From IMG/VR virus record IMGVR_UViG_3300025073_000989: a DNA stretch of 64,000 nucleotides; one strand, written 5' to 3'. Below, one piece after another: positions 44,409-54,930 of this stretch (the first letter of the stretch is position 1; every line of letters begins with the position of its first letter). The DNA comes from a virus. Its lineage: Duplodnaviria > Caudoviricetes. The position numbers and the translations under genes are program-made. The notes below the pieces were generated by a model, which saw nothing but the letters and a program-made list of their open reading frames with translations, had not been told where the DNA came from and did not search any database.

Positions 44409-45128
44409 TTATACTTCTTCGTTTTCTTGTTTAAAAACGGCGGCCATGGCTTTACCAAGATCACCGTATTTTTTAATTAAATCGTCGGACGGAGAGATCT
44501 CCAAATTCATAGCAGCCGCCAACGCCTTTCCTGTATCAATATCAGCCGGAGCAGTAGCAACACTTCCCTTGGCTTTAGCTTCGGCTTCGGCTTTAGCTTT
44601 GGCCTCAGCATCATCAAGCTTTTTAGCTTCTTCAGCCTCATGTAATTTTTTTGCTTCATCGAGCTCAGCCAAAACAGAAGCCCTTATAGAAATAAGTTCA
44701 TCTTTATAGGCAGAAAACTCCTCATCGCTCATCGTCAATACTTTAGCACGTTGGGATTCTTTATCTGATCTAACTACGCCAGCAGACTCCAAATCAGACA
44801 TTCGTTCCGTGGCTTTCTTATCCATTAACATATCTTCTACTGTTTTTTCAGCTTTTGCTGCTTTATCTTTAGTAACCTCAAGCTCAACCTTCGCCGCCTC
44901 AAGCTCAGATTTAAGTGTTAAGGCTAGTTTTTCAGATCCAGCTAGCTTTTCTGTTATAGTAGATACTTCTGTATTTTTTTCCTCCAAAGTAGTAGTAAGC
45001 TCTTCGATGACTTTAGCAGATTCCCCTAGGGCATCTTCAGTCCTTCTACGAGCATCCGCCTCTTCCTTTTCAGAAAAGATAGAAGCTACAACCGCTTCGA
45101 TGTCTTTTTTCATTTTATCGTCCATCAA
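44409..45128 (-). CDS. Putative capsid scaffolding protein, 239 aa
   Basis: Long Glu/Lys/Ala coiled coil between protease and capsid genes; AAGGAGGAG RBS. Confidence 0.65.
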   Translation of the reverse strand: MMDDKMKKDIEAVVASIFSEKEEADARRRTEDALGESAKVIEELTTTLEEKNTEVSTITEKLAGSEKLALTLKSELEAAKVELEVTKDKAAKAEKTVEDMLMDKKATERMSDLESAGVVRSDKESQRAKVLTMSDEEFSAYKDELISIRASVLAELDEAKKLHEAEEAKKLDDAEAKAKAEAEAKAKGSVATAPADIDTGKALAAAMNLEISPSDDLIKKYGDLGKAMAAVFKQENEEV

Positions 45129-45246
45129 AACTCCTCCTTATATACTATTTATATACAAGCTTTAATTTAATTTAATTTAGGTACCAACCTTATTAAATGA
45201 ACTATTTATTCCTTTTCCAAGTTTAATTTATATTAAACTAATAAAG

Positions 45247-45672
45247 TTATGGAAGCGATTGAGACGCTCCAGAATTACCTCTACAATAAATAGCTTCAAT
45301 GTATCTTGAACTTGATGCAGCACCCATCATAAACTTAACATCAAAATCAACATTGGATATAGTAGATGAAGATTTAATTTTTACTACATTATTCACAGTA
45401 TCTTTGTCTATCCAAACACGTACTGCTCCGGTATCACCAAGTGGAGTAACCGTAACGTTAGCATTAGAAGCAACCGTCATACCGTGCCAACCAATACCAC
45501 TAGCTACTGTTACTTCAGTACCTGACATGGATACAGTATCAGCCCAAATTACAGGCACTGTATGGTTATTACCCATGTTTTTATAGATAACCTTTAAGTT
45601 ATCATCTCCGCTGAGCTTGGTGATCTTAGGAGTACTGGATCTAGTGCCAGTTTGAGCTTTTCCTAAAGTCAT
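45247..45672 (-). CDS. Hypothetical head-module protein, 141 aa
   Basis: ORF with AAGGAGG RBS. Confidence 0.75.
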   Translation of the reverse strand: MTLGKAQTGTRSSTPKITKLSGDDNLKVIYKNMGNNHTVPVIWADTVSMSGTEVTVASGIGWHGMTVASNANVTVTPLGDTGAVRVWIDKDTVNNVVKIKSSSTISNVDFDVKFMMGAASSSRYIEAIYCRGNSGASQSLP

Positions 45673-45686
45673 AATAAAATTCCTCC

Positions 45687-46853
45687 TTATTTATTGTTCT
45701 TTAACATACTTTCTGCTTTGTCTAAAAGACTTTGCAAATTATAAATCTTGCTTTTACGCTGATCCTTATCATTCTTACACTTTATTAACTTCTCGGTATA
45801 AGCCTTTGCGGTATTACGAGCTACAGTTCTTAGACATTTTGGATCTGTTGTATCTCTAGAAAAAGAAGTACATCCTGTTTCAAACAAAGAGCACCAATCA
45901 GTATGTAATACTTCTGAATTTTGATCCTTAACTGTAGAGTTTATAACCTCTTTTTTGTAACTAACACAAATTCCAACTGTATCATTAGATTCCAATGCCG
46001 CTTTATCATCACTTGTCCTTTTCCCTACATTATTATTTTTATAATCCTCTGTAATTATAGAGGATACATTATTAGATTTATTTTTTTCTAATTTATCATA
46101 ATCCAACACTATTACAGCATTATCTTGCTTGTTATTGGCAGTCTCTAAAATTATAGACGGTGGATTAGCTGGATTTTTTACAATACCACAGCCAGAAAAG
46201 CATATACTTCTTAAAACTCTAGTAACAGTACCTTTGGCTACCTCAAGTCCGTTTTTTATTACCTTTGCCATTTTTCCAAAGTTATTATTTTTGCTAGCAT
46301 CAAAACCAAGCATTTCGGCTTCCTTCTTTGACAGTATTAAATCACCTATCTTTACATCGTACCCTTGATAATAACACTCCATAGATACTTTCCATTTTCC
46401 AGAAGCAACCTCTTCAGCAATACTTGGAAATCTGTTTTTATATACAATTCCAGCTATAACTATATGCATATCCTCTTTATCCAATAAAGCAGTCTCTTTA
46501 CTGGCTAACTCTTTAGTATCCAACCTATCTCCTGATTTACTAGTAAAAGCGTAATCGTATATATGCCCAATTATATCACTTTCTTCATGCTCAACATCCA
46601 AAGCCTTTGATGAAATAGTATCCTTAGCCAATACGAGCTCCGATGGAGTAAAAAAAGCATGATTTAAGTTTTCGCCCGAAGAAACAAAAATGGCCGTAAA
46701 ATACTGTAAATCTATTTGTCTTTCTTTTTCAGACGGTAATGCAATTACGGAGGATACCTCCTTTCTTAATTCATCTGTTTCCTCTAAAAGAGATATACTG
46801 GATTCCAGATAAAATCTATTATTTAAATTTGTACTCACTATTATATCCTCCAT
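45687..46853 (-). CDS. Prohead maturation protease, 388 aa
   Basis: NLNHAFF, LDVEHE..IIGHI, WKVSMECYY and FSGCGIVKNPANP motifs; follows the portal. Confidence 0.7.
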   Translation of the reverse strand: MEDIIVSTNLNNRFYLESSISLLEETDELRKEVSSVIALPSEKERQIDLQYFTAIFVSSGENLNHAFFTPSELVLAKDTISSKALDVEHEESDIIGHIYDYAFTSKSGDRLDTKELASKETALLDKEDMHIVIAGIVYKNRFPSIAEEVASGKWKVSMECYYQGYDVKIGDLILSKKEAEMLGFDASKNNNFGKMAKVIKNGLEVAKGTVTRVLRSICFSGCGIVKNPANPPSIILETANNKQDNAVIVLDYDKLEKNKSNNVSSIITEDYKNNNVGKRTSDDKAALESNDTVGICVSYKKEVINSTVKDQNSEVLHTDWCSLFETGCTSFSRDTTDPKCLRTVARNTAKAYTEKLIKCKNDKDQRKSKIYNLQSLLDKAESMLKNNK

Positions 46854-46890
46854 ATTATAATTAAACTGTTCTAATTATTAAGTAGTTAGT

Positions 46891-48816
46891 TTATTGTTCA
46901 CGTCTTATTCTACTTAACTCATATAAAAAAGCTTCATATTGTTCGGAATCCATATTTTTTACAACATCTATTATAGTAATAGAAGATTCTGTTTGTTTAG
47001 GATTCTTAGTTGTTTGTCTTACTATCTTATCTGGATTGTTTTCTTTTGTCTTCTTTGTTGCCGGCTTACCTTTAGGTCTTCCAGAAGAGGGTGTACCAAC
47101 TGGGGCCCCTTGCGAAGGCTGTGACTTAGCTTGTTGCCAAGGCGATCCTAAAATGCCAAAAATTCCATCTTCTACCAGAGGTATTTCGTTAGTCATGTTC
47201 TCTAATTCATTAGCATAGTCAAAACCTAATGCCTCTAGCGCAGTTTCATAACTTAACATCCTTCTATCAACTAGTTGAGCAAGAGTACTCATATATAGAA
47301 TAGTATCTTTAAGTATACCTTCATCCCATCTAACTTTTGGAAATCTATCAAAACCCATAGCCTCGGCTATAAGCCTGTACTCTTTGTATATCCAGCGAGT
47401 AACTTGTCGTCTGGCGTAATTAATTTCCTCCATAAGCCCCTTTATTACTAAAGAGGCTTCGGCAGTACTTATATCACCAGTACCGTCTATAAAAGCCCTT
47501 GTAATAGCTAAACCACCTGTAATATCATCATTAACTTGAGCATACTTCTCTTTACCTAAAATACTTGAAATTTCTGGACTAACTATTTTTTCTACCTTCA
47601 AAGTGTGATTCCACACAACATCAAAAGATTTTGATGGTGTATTAAATAACTGAGCTATCGCTTCAAGTTCTGCCTCTTGTTGCACAGGAAACTCATCAGA
47701 ACCAATAGTAATTTTTAAAATATAGTTAGAAATACCATCCAAAGTACTTAAGTCTGCCTCTTTTAATGCTTTTTTATATTCAATACTATCAAATATTCTT
47801 AGAGATCTAGGTTTAGCATAACGCTCATATGGTTGCTTTCTGTAAAAAATGTTTCCTACTAATCTAGAATCTAGTAATACTTCACCGCCTTTTTCTGAAG
47901 CGCTTTTTATATCTGAAGGTAGAGATTTTAACATTGTTTTTTCTTCCTCAGAAAGATCTTTATTGTCTTTTTTAATTGTAGCTAATAATTCTGGAGGTAG
48001 TTTTAATCTAATAGATAATTTACTAAACAGCAAACTGCCATCTATAGTAACTAATTCAGGATTTAAAACAGTGTAGGATATAGGTAAATGTCCTTTTGAC
48101 CATATATTTTTCTTTGCTGATTGTTCTAATTTAGCAAGCTGTAGCTTATCAAAGTTTTTATCTTTTTTTACTTCTTCTAATAATAAGGCTAATTCTTTTT
48201 TAAAAGAGGCCTCTATATCTTCTAGTCTACCTTTGGCTTTTACTTGATCTACTTTTTTTGCTTTTTTTCCTGGCGCCGGAGAAACTATTGAAACTCTAGG
48301 TTCATATTTAGCTATAGCCTTGTATGTACTTACATTTCCTGTTTTAAAGAATTCAAGAAATACCCATTCCAACACCTCATCAAAGCCCACATCGAAAGCC
48401 CAAGTGTCGTAGAAATTTTTTATATCATGGTCATCAATATCATGCTCAAAACCTTTAGCAGCCATTGAGGCTAGTAAATTAACAGCACTTCCTAAAATAG
48501 GTTCCGTATAGTAGTATTTATTGGCCTTTTTTATAGCCTCTGTTGGACTCAGATCAAAAGGATCTTTGGCTGATAAATCTAAAACACCCCTACCTACAGA
48601 GTCTCTAGTTATAGTAGAAGCTTTTTCCCTAAATATATGCGGAATAATAGCAGACTCTGGTTTAAGATATGCTAGTGCTTTTGTGTTTTTTTCTGTTGGG
48701 TTTAAAAATAAAGTAGAAGTACCATTAGTCTCATTTATTTCAATATTCCTTATTCCAACGTCAGGATAACGAGCCCTAAGCTCTTCTGTAATCTTATTTG
48801 CTGTTTCTTGATCCAC
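46891..48816 (-). CDS. Portal protein, 641 aa
   Basis: Between terminase and protease; VLEWVFLEFFKTGNV and PYERYAKPRSLRIF portal-like segments. Confidence 0.75.
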   Translation of the reverse strand: MDQETANKITEELRARYPDVGIRNIEINETNGTSTLFLNPTEKNTKALAYLKPESAIIPHIFREKASTITRDSVGRGVLDLSAKDPFDLSPTEAIKKANKYYYTEPILGSAVNLLASMAAKGFEHDIDDHDIKNFYDTWAFDVGFDEVLEWVFLEFFKTGNVSTYKAIAKYEPRVSIVSPAPGKKAKKVDQVKAKGRLEDIEASFKKELALLLEEVKKDKNFDKLQLAKLEQSAKKNIWSKGHLPISYTVLNPELVTIDGSLLFSKLSIRLKLPPELLATIKKDNKDLSEEEKTMLKSLPSDIKSASEKGGEVLLDSRLVGNIFYRKQPYERYAKPRSLRIFDSIEYKKALKEADLSTLDGISNYILKITIGSDEFPVQQEAELEAIAQLFNTPSKSFDVVWNHTLKVEKIVSPEISSILGKEKYAQVNDDITGGLAITRAFIDGTGDISTAEASLVIKGLMEEINYARRQVTRWIYKEYRLIAEAMGFDRFPKVRWDEGILKDTILYMSTLAQLVDRRMLSYETALEALGFDYANELENMTNEIPLVEDGIFGILGSPWQQAKSQPSQGAPVGTPSSGRPKGKPATKKTKENNPDKIVRQTTKNPKQTESSITIIDVVKNMDSEQYEAFLYELSRIRREQ

Positions 48817-48834
48817 TATATCTCTCCACTAAGT

Positions 48835-49167
48835 CTATTTGTAATTAAATCTAGAAGACCGTTCATATACACTTATATCAGAACTAGCCCCAGTAGTACT
48901 AACTATATAAAAAGAAGCGTCCGTAGTGTCTTCCCACTCGCCACCATTACCTGTAATGATATAACCATCGCTAGCCTCGGAACCAGAAGCTGTTACTAGC
49001 GATACATCAACGGAACCTACGTTCTTAATTTTTATATAATTCCTTCGGCCTAAAGAAGCAGAAGGTACTGGTATAGGAGAGGTACCGCTTACAGTAACTC
49101 TACTTATATTTATTTTATCTCTGCTGTCCTGTCTACCGTACTTATCGTCCATACTATTAAAGCTCAT
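48835..49167 (-). CDS. Hypothetical protein, 110 aa
   Basis: ORF with AAGGAG RBS. Confidence 0.7.
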   Translation of the reverse strand: MSFNSMDDKYGRQDSRDKINISRVTVSGTSPIPVPSASLGRRNYIKIKNVGSVDVSLVTASGSEASDGYIITGNGGEWEDTTDASFYIVSTTGASSDISVYERSSRFNYK

Positions 49168-49187
49168 TTGAAGTCTCCTTTACAAAA

Positions 49188-50150
49188 TTAAAAAGGCACT
49201 GATATACCAATGCCATATGATTTTTCACTATTTGAATTAATACTAAACGTAGGTCCTACAAATAGATTTTCTACTAGTGGTAAAAAATTACCAACATTAT
49301 AGCTAAATGGGTACATACTTATAAAAAAAATATCTTTTGATCCCCCAGCGGCCATCCCAAAAAATCTCCAATCTATATCACGCTTTGTTCTTCCATAAGA
49401 AAATAAACTAACATCTATTGCTGGAAATATATCAACTGTGTCAATTATACCAGAAAAACCTATCCTAGGTCCCCATCTAAATTTCTTTTCCTGAAGCTCT
49501 CCTTTAGCCCAATTAACTGTTTTAACATTAATTGGAAATTTTTTACCTTTTGTAGAAGATACAAAATTATTTTCTATCCACATCTCAACATAACGTTCTT
49601 GTCCTTTATCACTCTCAGACTCAACTATGTTTACTCCTACATCTAACGGAAAGGATTGTGAAGAAAACTTATTATCCTCTGAAGCATTTGGACTAAAAAA
49701 TACCCTAGCTACTGGAAAAGACTCACCGTTAGATGCTGAACTTTCTACAATAAAGTCATACAAATCTTTTTTGTTGTCTTTTGGGTCTACATACACAGTA
49801 CCTACTCTAGGATCCGAATTAGTGTGACTTTGCAAACTTCCTACTATCTTAGCAACTTCCAATATTTTTTCATTATTTAGTTTTGCTTGCTTTATGGCAA
49901 TGCTGTTGTTTTTTTCCAACTCTTTTATAAGGCCTTTAAGTTCCTTGTTATTTTCTGACAGATGCACTTTAATTACATTTTCTGCTATATGCTCTATAGT
50001 AGTCTCATCATAGCCAGGTTTATCGTTGTTATTGTTTCTATCAAAATATTTTTGAGTATTTATCCATAAAAACACACATACAAAAATTACAGCACAAGAC
50101 TTAGTAATGTCCCATAGACTTATTTTAAACTTATTATTTTCAAATAACAT
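49188..50150 (-). CDS. Membrane-anchored protein (N-terminal TM helix, coiled coil, beta-rich C-terminus), 320 aa
   Basis: Hydrophobic SCAVIFVCVFLWI followed by a coiled coil. Confidence 0.65.
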   Translation of the reverse strand: MLFENNKFKISLWDITKSCAVIFVCVFLWINTQKYFDRNNNNDKPGYDETTIEHIAENVIKVHLSENNKELKGLIKELEKNNSIAIKQAKLNNEKILEVAKIVGSLQSHTNSDPRVGTVYVDPKDNKKDLYDFIVESSASNGESFPVARVFFSPNASEDNKFSSQSFPLDVGVNIVESESDKGQERYVEMWIENNFVSSTKGKKFPINVKTVNWAKGELQEKKFRWGPRIGFSGIIDTVDIFPAIDVSLFSYGRTKRDIDWRFFGMAAGGSKDIFFISMYPFSYNVGNFLPLVENLFVGPTFSINSNSEKSYGIGISVPF

Positions 50151-50168
50151 AAAGCACCCCTTTATTAC

Positions 50169-50522
50169 TTACTTGTCTGTATCAAAACTATACATACTAT
50201 TTACATTACTAATATTACGCATAGTAACTGCGCTTCCACAATCCTCTGGATCATTTTTTTCTACCAATGACGTATTCGCTATGATTCTACCTAAAGCTAG
50301 AGTAACAAACCCACCAAACAGTGCACTTAACCCTACTGAGTCACTTATCCATGGTGCTCCTGTTTTTTCATTTATGTGAAACATTCCATAAATTACAGGT
50401 ATATATAAAAGTACCATCCATTGATACTTTACAGAAGCTATGTTTCGTAATAACTTCATAAAAAACAAATCCCAAAAAGGCCATTCTTTTATAGTTAAGT
50501 CGCCTTCACCTGTTTCTATCAT
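50169..50522 (-). CDS. Small two-TM membrane protein (holin-like?), 117 aa
   Basis: Two hydrophobic helices; holin call is inference only. Confidence 0.45.
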   Translation of the reverse strand: MIETGEGDLTIKEWPFWDLFFMKLLRNIASVKYQWMVLLYIPVIYGMFHINEKTGAPWISDSVGLSALFGGFVTLALGRIIANTSLVEKNDPEDCGSAVTMRNISNVNSMYSFDTDK

Positions 50523-50574
50523 AATAATTAATATAACTCCTAATATTTATAGTTCTATTTTATAAGAGGTTACT

Positions 50575-53500
50575 TTATTTCTTTTTACTTAAAATAGCCA
50601 TACTTAATCCCTTCTTAGTGGAACTATGACTAGCGCCTGTTTTATCTAAAACTGTCCAGGAACTTCCTGGGTGATGTGACCTAACCATACCACTAACATT
50701 ATGAAGTACAGGATCAGTATCCCCCTCTATCTCCTTTTCTACTAAACGTATACCGTATCCAGCCAAAATCAAAGCAGAATATAAGTCCTTGTTTTGTCCT
50801 TTTTTAGGAGTATCAAAATGCATAGCCCCACCAGAAGTTGGTGTAACTATAATATTAAGCATTTGTTTTTTTAAATCTTCTACAGTCTCATATCTAATAG
50901 CCTCCATATCTATAGTAGATACTGGGGGTTGTGGGAACAATAATTTCTTATCCTCCAACAAAGACAATGTAGCAAAATTAGCATCGGTTATCCAGGATGT
51001 ATTAAAATTAACCATCTCAAGAATATGTCTACCCTGCATATTTCTATGTTCATCGTTAGTTCTGTCTATAATAGGTGTCTTTCCACCATAACCTTCTTCC
51101 AATAAATCCATTACAGCCTTTCCGCCGCCGCCTTTATCCATAAACAACCTTATAACTCTATAGTTATCACAAACATCCTGGATGGCGGATGTTAGTTCTT
51201 GGGTAGTATGTTTTTTAAGTTCAATTACATTTACTATTCTATTGACAGTTCCTATTTTAACTATAACTACACCACAACTGGCACTACCTGCTTGGTTTGG
51301 GTCAACTCCAACAATGTATTGACCTTCCCTATCACCCGCCAGCTCTATATAAAAATTGGAACCCAAAGTACATGATTCTAACAAAGATGCTTTGAAAAAA
51401 CCATCAGAATCTGAAACCATAGCAGCCTCGTATTCCATACGAAACTCATGATTAGACATAACTCTTTTAGCTTCTTCAATATTATTTTTATCTAAAAACC
51501 CTTCTGGCAATAATGTATATGGTATTTGGTGAACAACAAAAGGACACTTAGAACTCAATAGATCACATTCTTCCATCTTTTTCCAATAAGCTCGCATCCT
51601 ATTATACATATGATTGAACTTATAATATCCTGAAGAGGTCATTATCATTTTATTCACCAATTCATCTTCAAAATCACTATCAATTGCTAAGCCTGCCTCA
51701 AGCAAAAGTTTTTTTCTTTCTAAAGCACGTACTTGTTCCATAGGATCCTGTTTGGTGGCACCCATAGGGCGTAAAACCATATCAACTATTTTGTTGGGAA
51801 CCTGTGCTAGTTCATCTACACATACCAAGTAAAAACGAGAACCACGTATTTTTGAACCATCATTACCTATTGGTAGTGCCTCTATAAAAGAGCCATTTTT
51901 ACCACCAACAGCTTTAAATTTTAAATTATGCGTATCTGCTCCGTGTGTAGGAGGACCAACACACGCTTCTCTAAATATAGATGATTTTGAGTATAGTTTT
52001 TCAATCTCACTAAACATCATTTTTGCTTGTCTAAAAGACGGGGCTATTAACCCAACTCTGTAACCTGGGTATAATAAACAACTTAGAGCAGATAACAAAC
52101 CTTGTAAATATGTATTGTGGTTTATAAAACCATTTGCAAAGTAATTAGGCTCTATGCTACATACCTCATCCATCTCAAAATCATAACAATCACCCTTCCA
52201 ATCATCTACATACACTACTGTATCAAAAAAATAGTTAGTTTTTAGAATATCTAAAAGTAGATTAAACTTGTCAATAAAATAACTATTTATTGTATAAGTA
52301 CTTGAAGATATAATTTTTATAATATCATGAATAAAGATACTAAGTGTAGAATAAGTTACTTCTTTTTTATTGCTTTTTTTAAATAATAAAAATTTTCCTG
52401 GAAAATTGTTACAATTCTTATTATTAAGTAATAGTAATATCTGTCTTAAATCCCAACAAATATCTTTTATATAAGGAATAGTATCTTTATTAACATTTAA
52501 CTTCTTAGACTCAAAATATTCATTTAGTATTTTTTGTTTTCTAGTTAACCTAAAACCAATTAACTCTTTAAACTTGAAAGCGTCTTCTGAAAACATATCA
52601 AGTAAGTAAGCTTTTCCAAAATTAGATTTGGTTTTTTTCTTCCTTAATCTGGCCACTATTCCAAAATTAAGAAGCATCAATTGTATCTCTATTAAAAGTT
52701 TTTTAGACACAGAACAACATGACACTCCGCCAGACCTTTTATCAACAGTACCATCAGTATCAAAATATCCCTGTAAAAAAGCTACTTGTGATTGTCTAGT
52801 AGAAGTTCTAATTGAATATGGTACTGATTTATTATAAGATAAAACCCTAGCTATACCGTACTTATCAAAAAACCATGAAAAATTATTATTACTAAAACCT
52901 ATTCTTAGAGTACAATCACCACTTTCGTACGATACACTGTATGGTATATTATTACGTATACAGTATTGAGAGGAAAAGGATAATATTTGTTCATCCTCAG
53001 ATGTCAAAGAAAAACTGTTTTTGTTTATACAACCGTCTCCTATCAATAAACCTATTAAATAAGCGTCATCTAAAGAAACTAAAGTATAACCAAAAGAGTT
53101 GTTCCCCCTCTGTAAGCACACTTTATCGCCTGGAATAAAATCTTCTAGTTTTTTATATATAAATTCACCATCTTTATTTAAAGTAAGTAGTGGATGGTGA
53201 TTACTGCCTTTACTAATAAATCCATTATTAGTTTTTAGTTGCTTACCTTCTATACCCTTTTCTAGACACAATCTTTTTGTACCCTTAAACCCATTTGAAG
53301 TATGTATATTAATATTCCAATCTATAACTTCTTCTTCACCGTCACGTAAATATGATGGTATAGGCGGTAAAATTTCATTTAAATAAACCAACCCTTTGTT
53401 TTTTTCATTAATAATACTTGATGTACAAACGCTTTTACCGAAACCTCTACCACATACAGCAATAACATAATCCTTAAACCACATGTCCTCAAAAACTACT

Positions 53501-53631
53501 CTTTGTATTGGAGCTAAATCTACTCCTAATAGATCGTACACTGCCACGCATGGATTCTGTCTATAAAAAGCTATTAACTGAGCACCTTGGCCCATAATAA
53601 CATCTATTTTTTTATCTCTATCAATAATCAT
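50575..53631 (-). CDS. terL: Terminase large subunit with an intein (1018 aa precursor, ~578 aa mature)
   Basis: Walker A CGRGFGK|T split by the intein; LIAPSFRQAK; IRGSRF..VCVDELAQ Walker B; nuclease YIVGVDP and KDLYSAL. Confidence 0.92.
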   Translation of the reverse strand: MIIDRDKKIDVIMGQGAQLIAFYRQNPCVAVYDLLGVDLAPIQRVVFEDMWFKDYVIAVCGRGFGKSVCTSSIINEKNKGLVYLNEILPPIPSYLRDGEEEVIDWNINIHTSNGFKGTKRLCLEKGIEGKQLKTNNGFISKGSNHHPLLTLNKDGEFIYKKLEDFIPGDKVCLQRGNNSFGYTLVSLDDAYLIGLLIGDGCINKNSFSLTSEDEQILSFSSQYCIRNNIPYSVSYESGDCTLRIGFSNNNFSWFFDKYGIARVLSYNKSVPYSIRTSTRQSQVAFLQGYFDTDGTVDKRSGGVSCCSVSKKLLIEIQLMLLNFGIVARLRKKKTKSNFGKAYLLDMFSEDAFKFKELIGFRLTRKQKILNEYFESKKLNVNKDTIPYIKDICWDLRQILLLLNNKNCNNFPGKFLLFKKSNKKEVTYSTLSIFIHDIIKIISSSTYTINSYFIDKFNLLLDILKTNYFFDTVVYVDDWKGDCYDFEMDEVCSIEPNYFANGFINHNTYLQGLLSALSCLLYPGYRVGLIAPSFRQAKMMFSEIEKLYSKSSIFREACVGPPTHGADTHNLKFKAVGGKNGSFIEALPIGNDGSKIRGSRFYLVCVDELAQVPNKIVDMVLRPMGATKQDPMEQVRALERKKLLLEAGLAIDSDFEDELVNKMIMTSSGYYKFNHMYNRMRAYWKKMEECDLLSSKCPFVVHQIPYTLLPEGFLDKNNIEEAKRVMSNHEFRMEYEAAMVSDSDGFFKASLLESCTLGSNFYIELAGDREGQYIVGVDPNQAGSASCGVVIVKIGTVNRIVNVIELKKHTTQELTSAIQDVCDNYRVIRLFMDKGGGGKAVMDLLEEGYGGKTPIIDRTNDEHRNMQGRHILEMVNFNTSWITDANFATLSLLEDKKLLFPQPPVSTIDMEAIRYETVEDLKKQMLNIIVTPTSGGAMHFDTPKKGQNKDLYSALILAGYGIRLVEKEIEGDTDPVLHNVSGMVRSHHPGSSWTVLDKTGASHSSTKKGLSMAILSKKK
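52114..53433 (-). mobile_element. 440-aa intein with LAGLIDADG endonuclease
   Basis: Begins SVCTSSII after GRGFGK and ends FANGFINHN before Thr; YLIGLLIGDG and FLQGYFDTDG motifs. Confidence 0.92.
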
Positions 53632-54163
53632 CGTTATTTGCTTCTGCCTTTTTTATATCATCTACATCATACCTATTTCCTGGAGTTTTAGTTAGTTGTT
53701 CAAGTGCGATACCCTGTTCTAGTTTTAATTTTCTAGCTCTATCTTCCATTGCATGTTTTTTAATATTGTCAAAAGCTACAGCTAGGTCTACAATAGATAA
53801 ACCTTTAAATTCATTAGGATCCAGCCTATCTCTTCTCCGTAAAGATAAACTTTCTTTTATTTTTTCTGTTTGTTTTCTTAGTTTTTCTATTGAAGTTGAT
53901 ATATCTATTTGTCTATCTGGTTTATCTTTACTTGTTTTTAGTAATCTTATTTCCAACACTCTGTTCATTGAAAGGGATATTATATCATCTAGGTCTGCTG
54001 AAGATAAATCATCTTCATCAAAATCCTTAATATAAATATCAACCAACGTATTATAAATATCTAATTCCTCTTCATTAAATAGATCTTTTGCCGGAAAAAT
54101 TTCTTTTAATAGCTTTTTTGCTGAAGGAGGGCTTTTCGGCCTTCCTGATCCAGAACCACCCAT
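53621..54163 (-). CDS. Putative terminase small subunit, 180 aa
   Basis: Overlaps the terL start; N-terminal GSGRPK; helical oligomerisation-like region. Confidence 0.5.
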   Translation of the reverse strand: MGGSGSGRPKSPPSAKKLLKEIFPAKDLFNEEELDIYNTLVDIYIKDFDEDDLSSADLDDIISLSMNRVLEIRLLKTSKDKPDRQIDISTSIEKLRKQTEKIKESLSLRRRDRLDPNEFKGLSIVDLAVAFDNIKKHAMEDRARKLKLEQGIALEQLTKTPGNRYDVDDIKKAEANNDDY

Positions 54164-54176
54164 ATTGATTGGTCTC

Positions 54177-54608
54177 CTAAAATAGTTTACCTACAATTAT
54201 ATTATTTAATATACAATACTCTTTAAGTTCTAAAATAAATTCAGGAGTAAGTTCGTGACTAAATAGTTCTATGTTCTGACCATAATCAATTTCTATTTTT
54301 CTTATATTACTCATGGCCCGTTCAGTCTTTACATCATCACATTCATCTATAGCATCACTAGTAGAATTTAACCACTTACAAAGACTATCATCCGTTACCC
54401 TACAATACTTATCTATAATCTCTTTAGAAACAGGATGTTGTCTTCTAAAGTATAATATCAATGTCCTGGATATTTTATCTTTAGTTTCCTGTTTATGTTT
54501 TTGTCCTATTTTTGAATCACTAATAGCTTTCTTACTAGCATCACTCAATTTGAAACCTAAAGGTCTACCCCTTCGCCTAATCCTCATTAAGTTCCTCCAC
54601 TGCAGCAT
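54177..54608 (-). CDS. NUMOD3-motif DNA-binding protein, 143 aa
   Basis: GFKLSDASKKAISDSKIGQKHKQETKDKIS; no nuclease motif seen. Confidence 0.65.
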   Translation of the reverse strand: MLQWRNLMRIRRRGRPLGFKLSDASKKAISDSKIGQKHKQETKDKISRTLILYFRRQHPVSKEIIDKYCRVTDDSLCKWLNSTSDAIDECDDVKTERAMSNIRKIEIDYGQNIELFSHELTPEFILELKEYCILNNIIVGKLF

Positions 54609-54909
54609 ACTGATTACATTGTGAACAAATCACCCCTACCGTATTAACACTTACATATTTTACACTACCACAACTTTGGCATCTGGCTACTTTTTGTCTA
54701 GTGGCTTTTTTTGGTTTAGAAAAAGAAAAAGGCAGATTTTTATTATCATCCACCAGTTTACTTTCTTTATGAATATGCTCTCTGTGTTTTTTTAAACCAA
54801 TAGTTGGCTCGTACCGTCTTCCTTTCTCTCCTGGAGATAATTCACGACCTCCATCCATTACTGAGTTTTTTACATATTTAGAAATAGCCTTAATAGCTTC
54901 ATTGTTCAT
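54577..54909 (-). CDS. Zinc-ribbon protein, 110 aa
   Basis: CQSCG...ICSQCN. Confidence 0.7.
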   Translation of the reverse strand: MNNEAIKAISKYVKNSVMDGGRELSPGEKGRRYEPTIGLKKHREHIHKESKLVDDNKNLPFSFSKPKKATRQKVARCQSCGSVKYVSVNTVGVICSQCNQYAAVEELNED

Positions 54910-54930
54910 ATATAAACCCCAATATTTATT

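Noticed and set aside
27029-45191. TACCAACCTT at ~27030 and ~45183
   Set aside because: Only two copies, in opposite orientations; not distinguishable from chance by eye.
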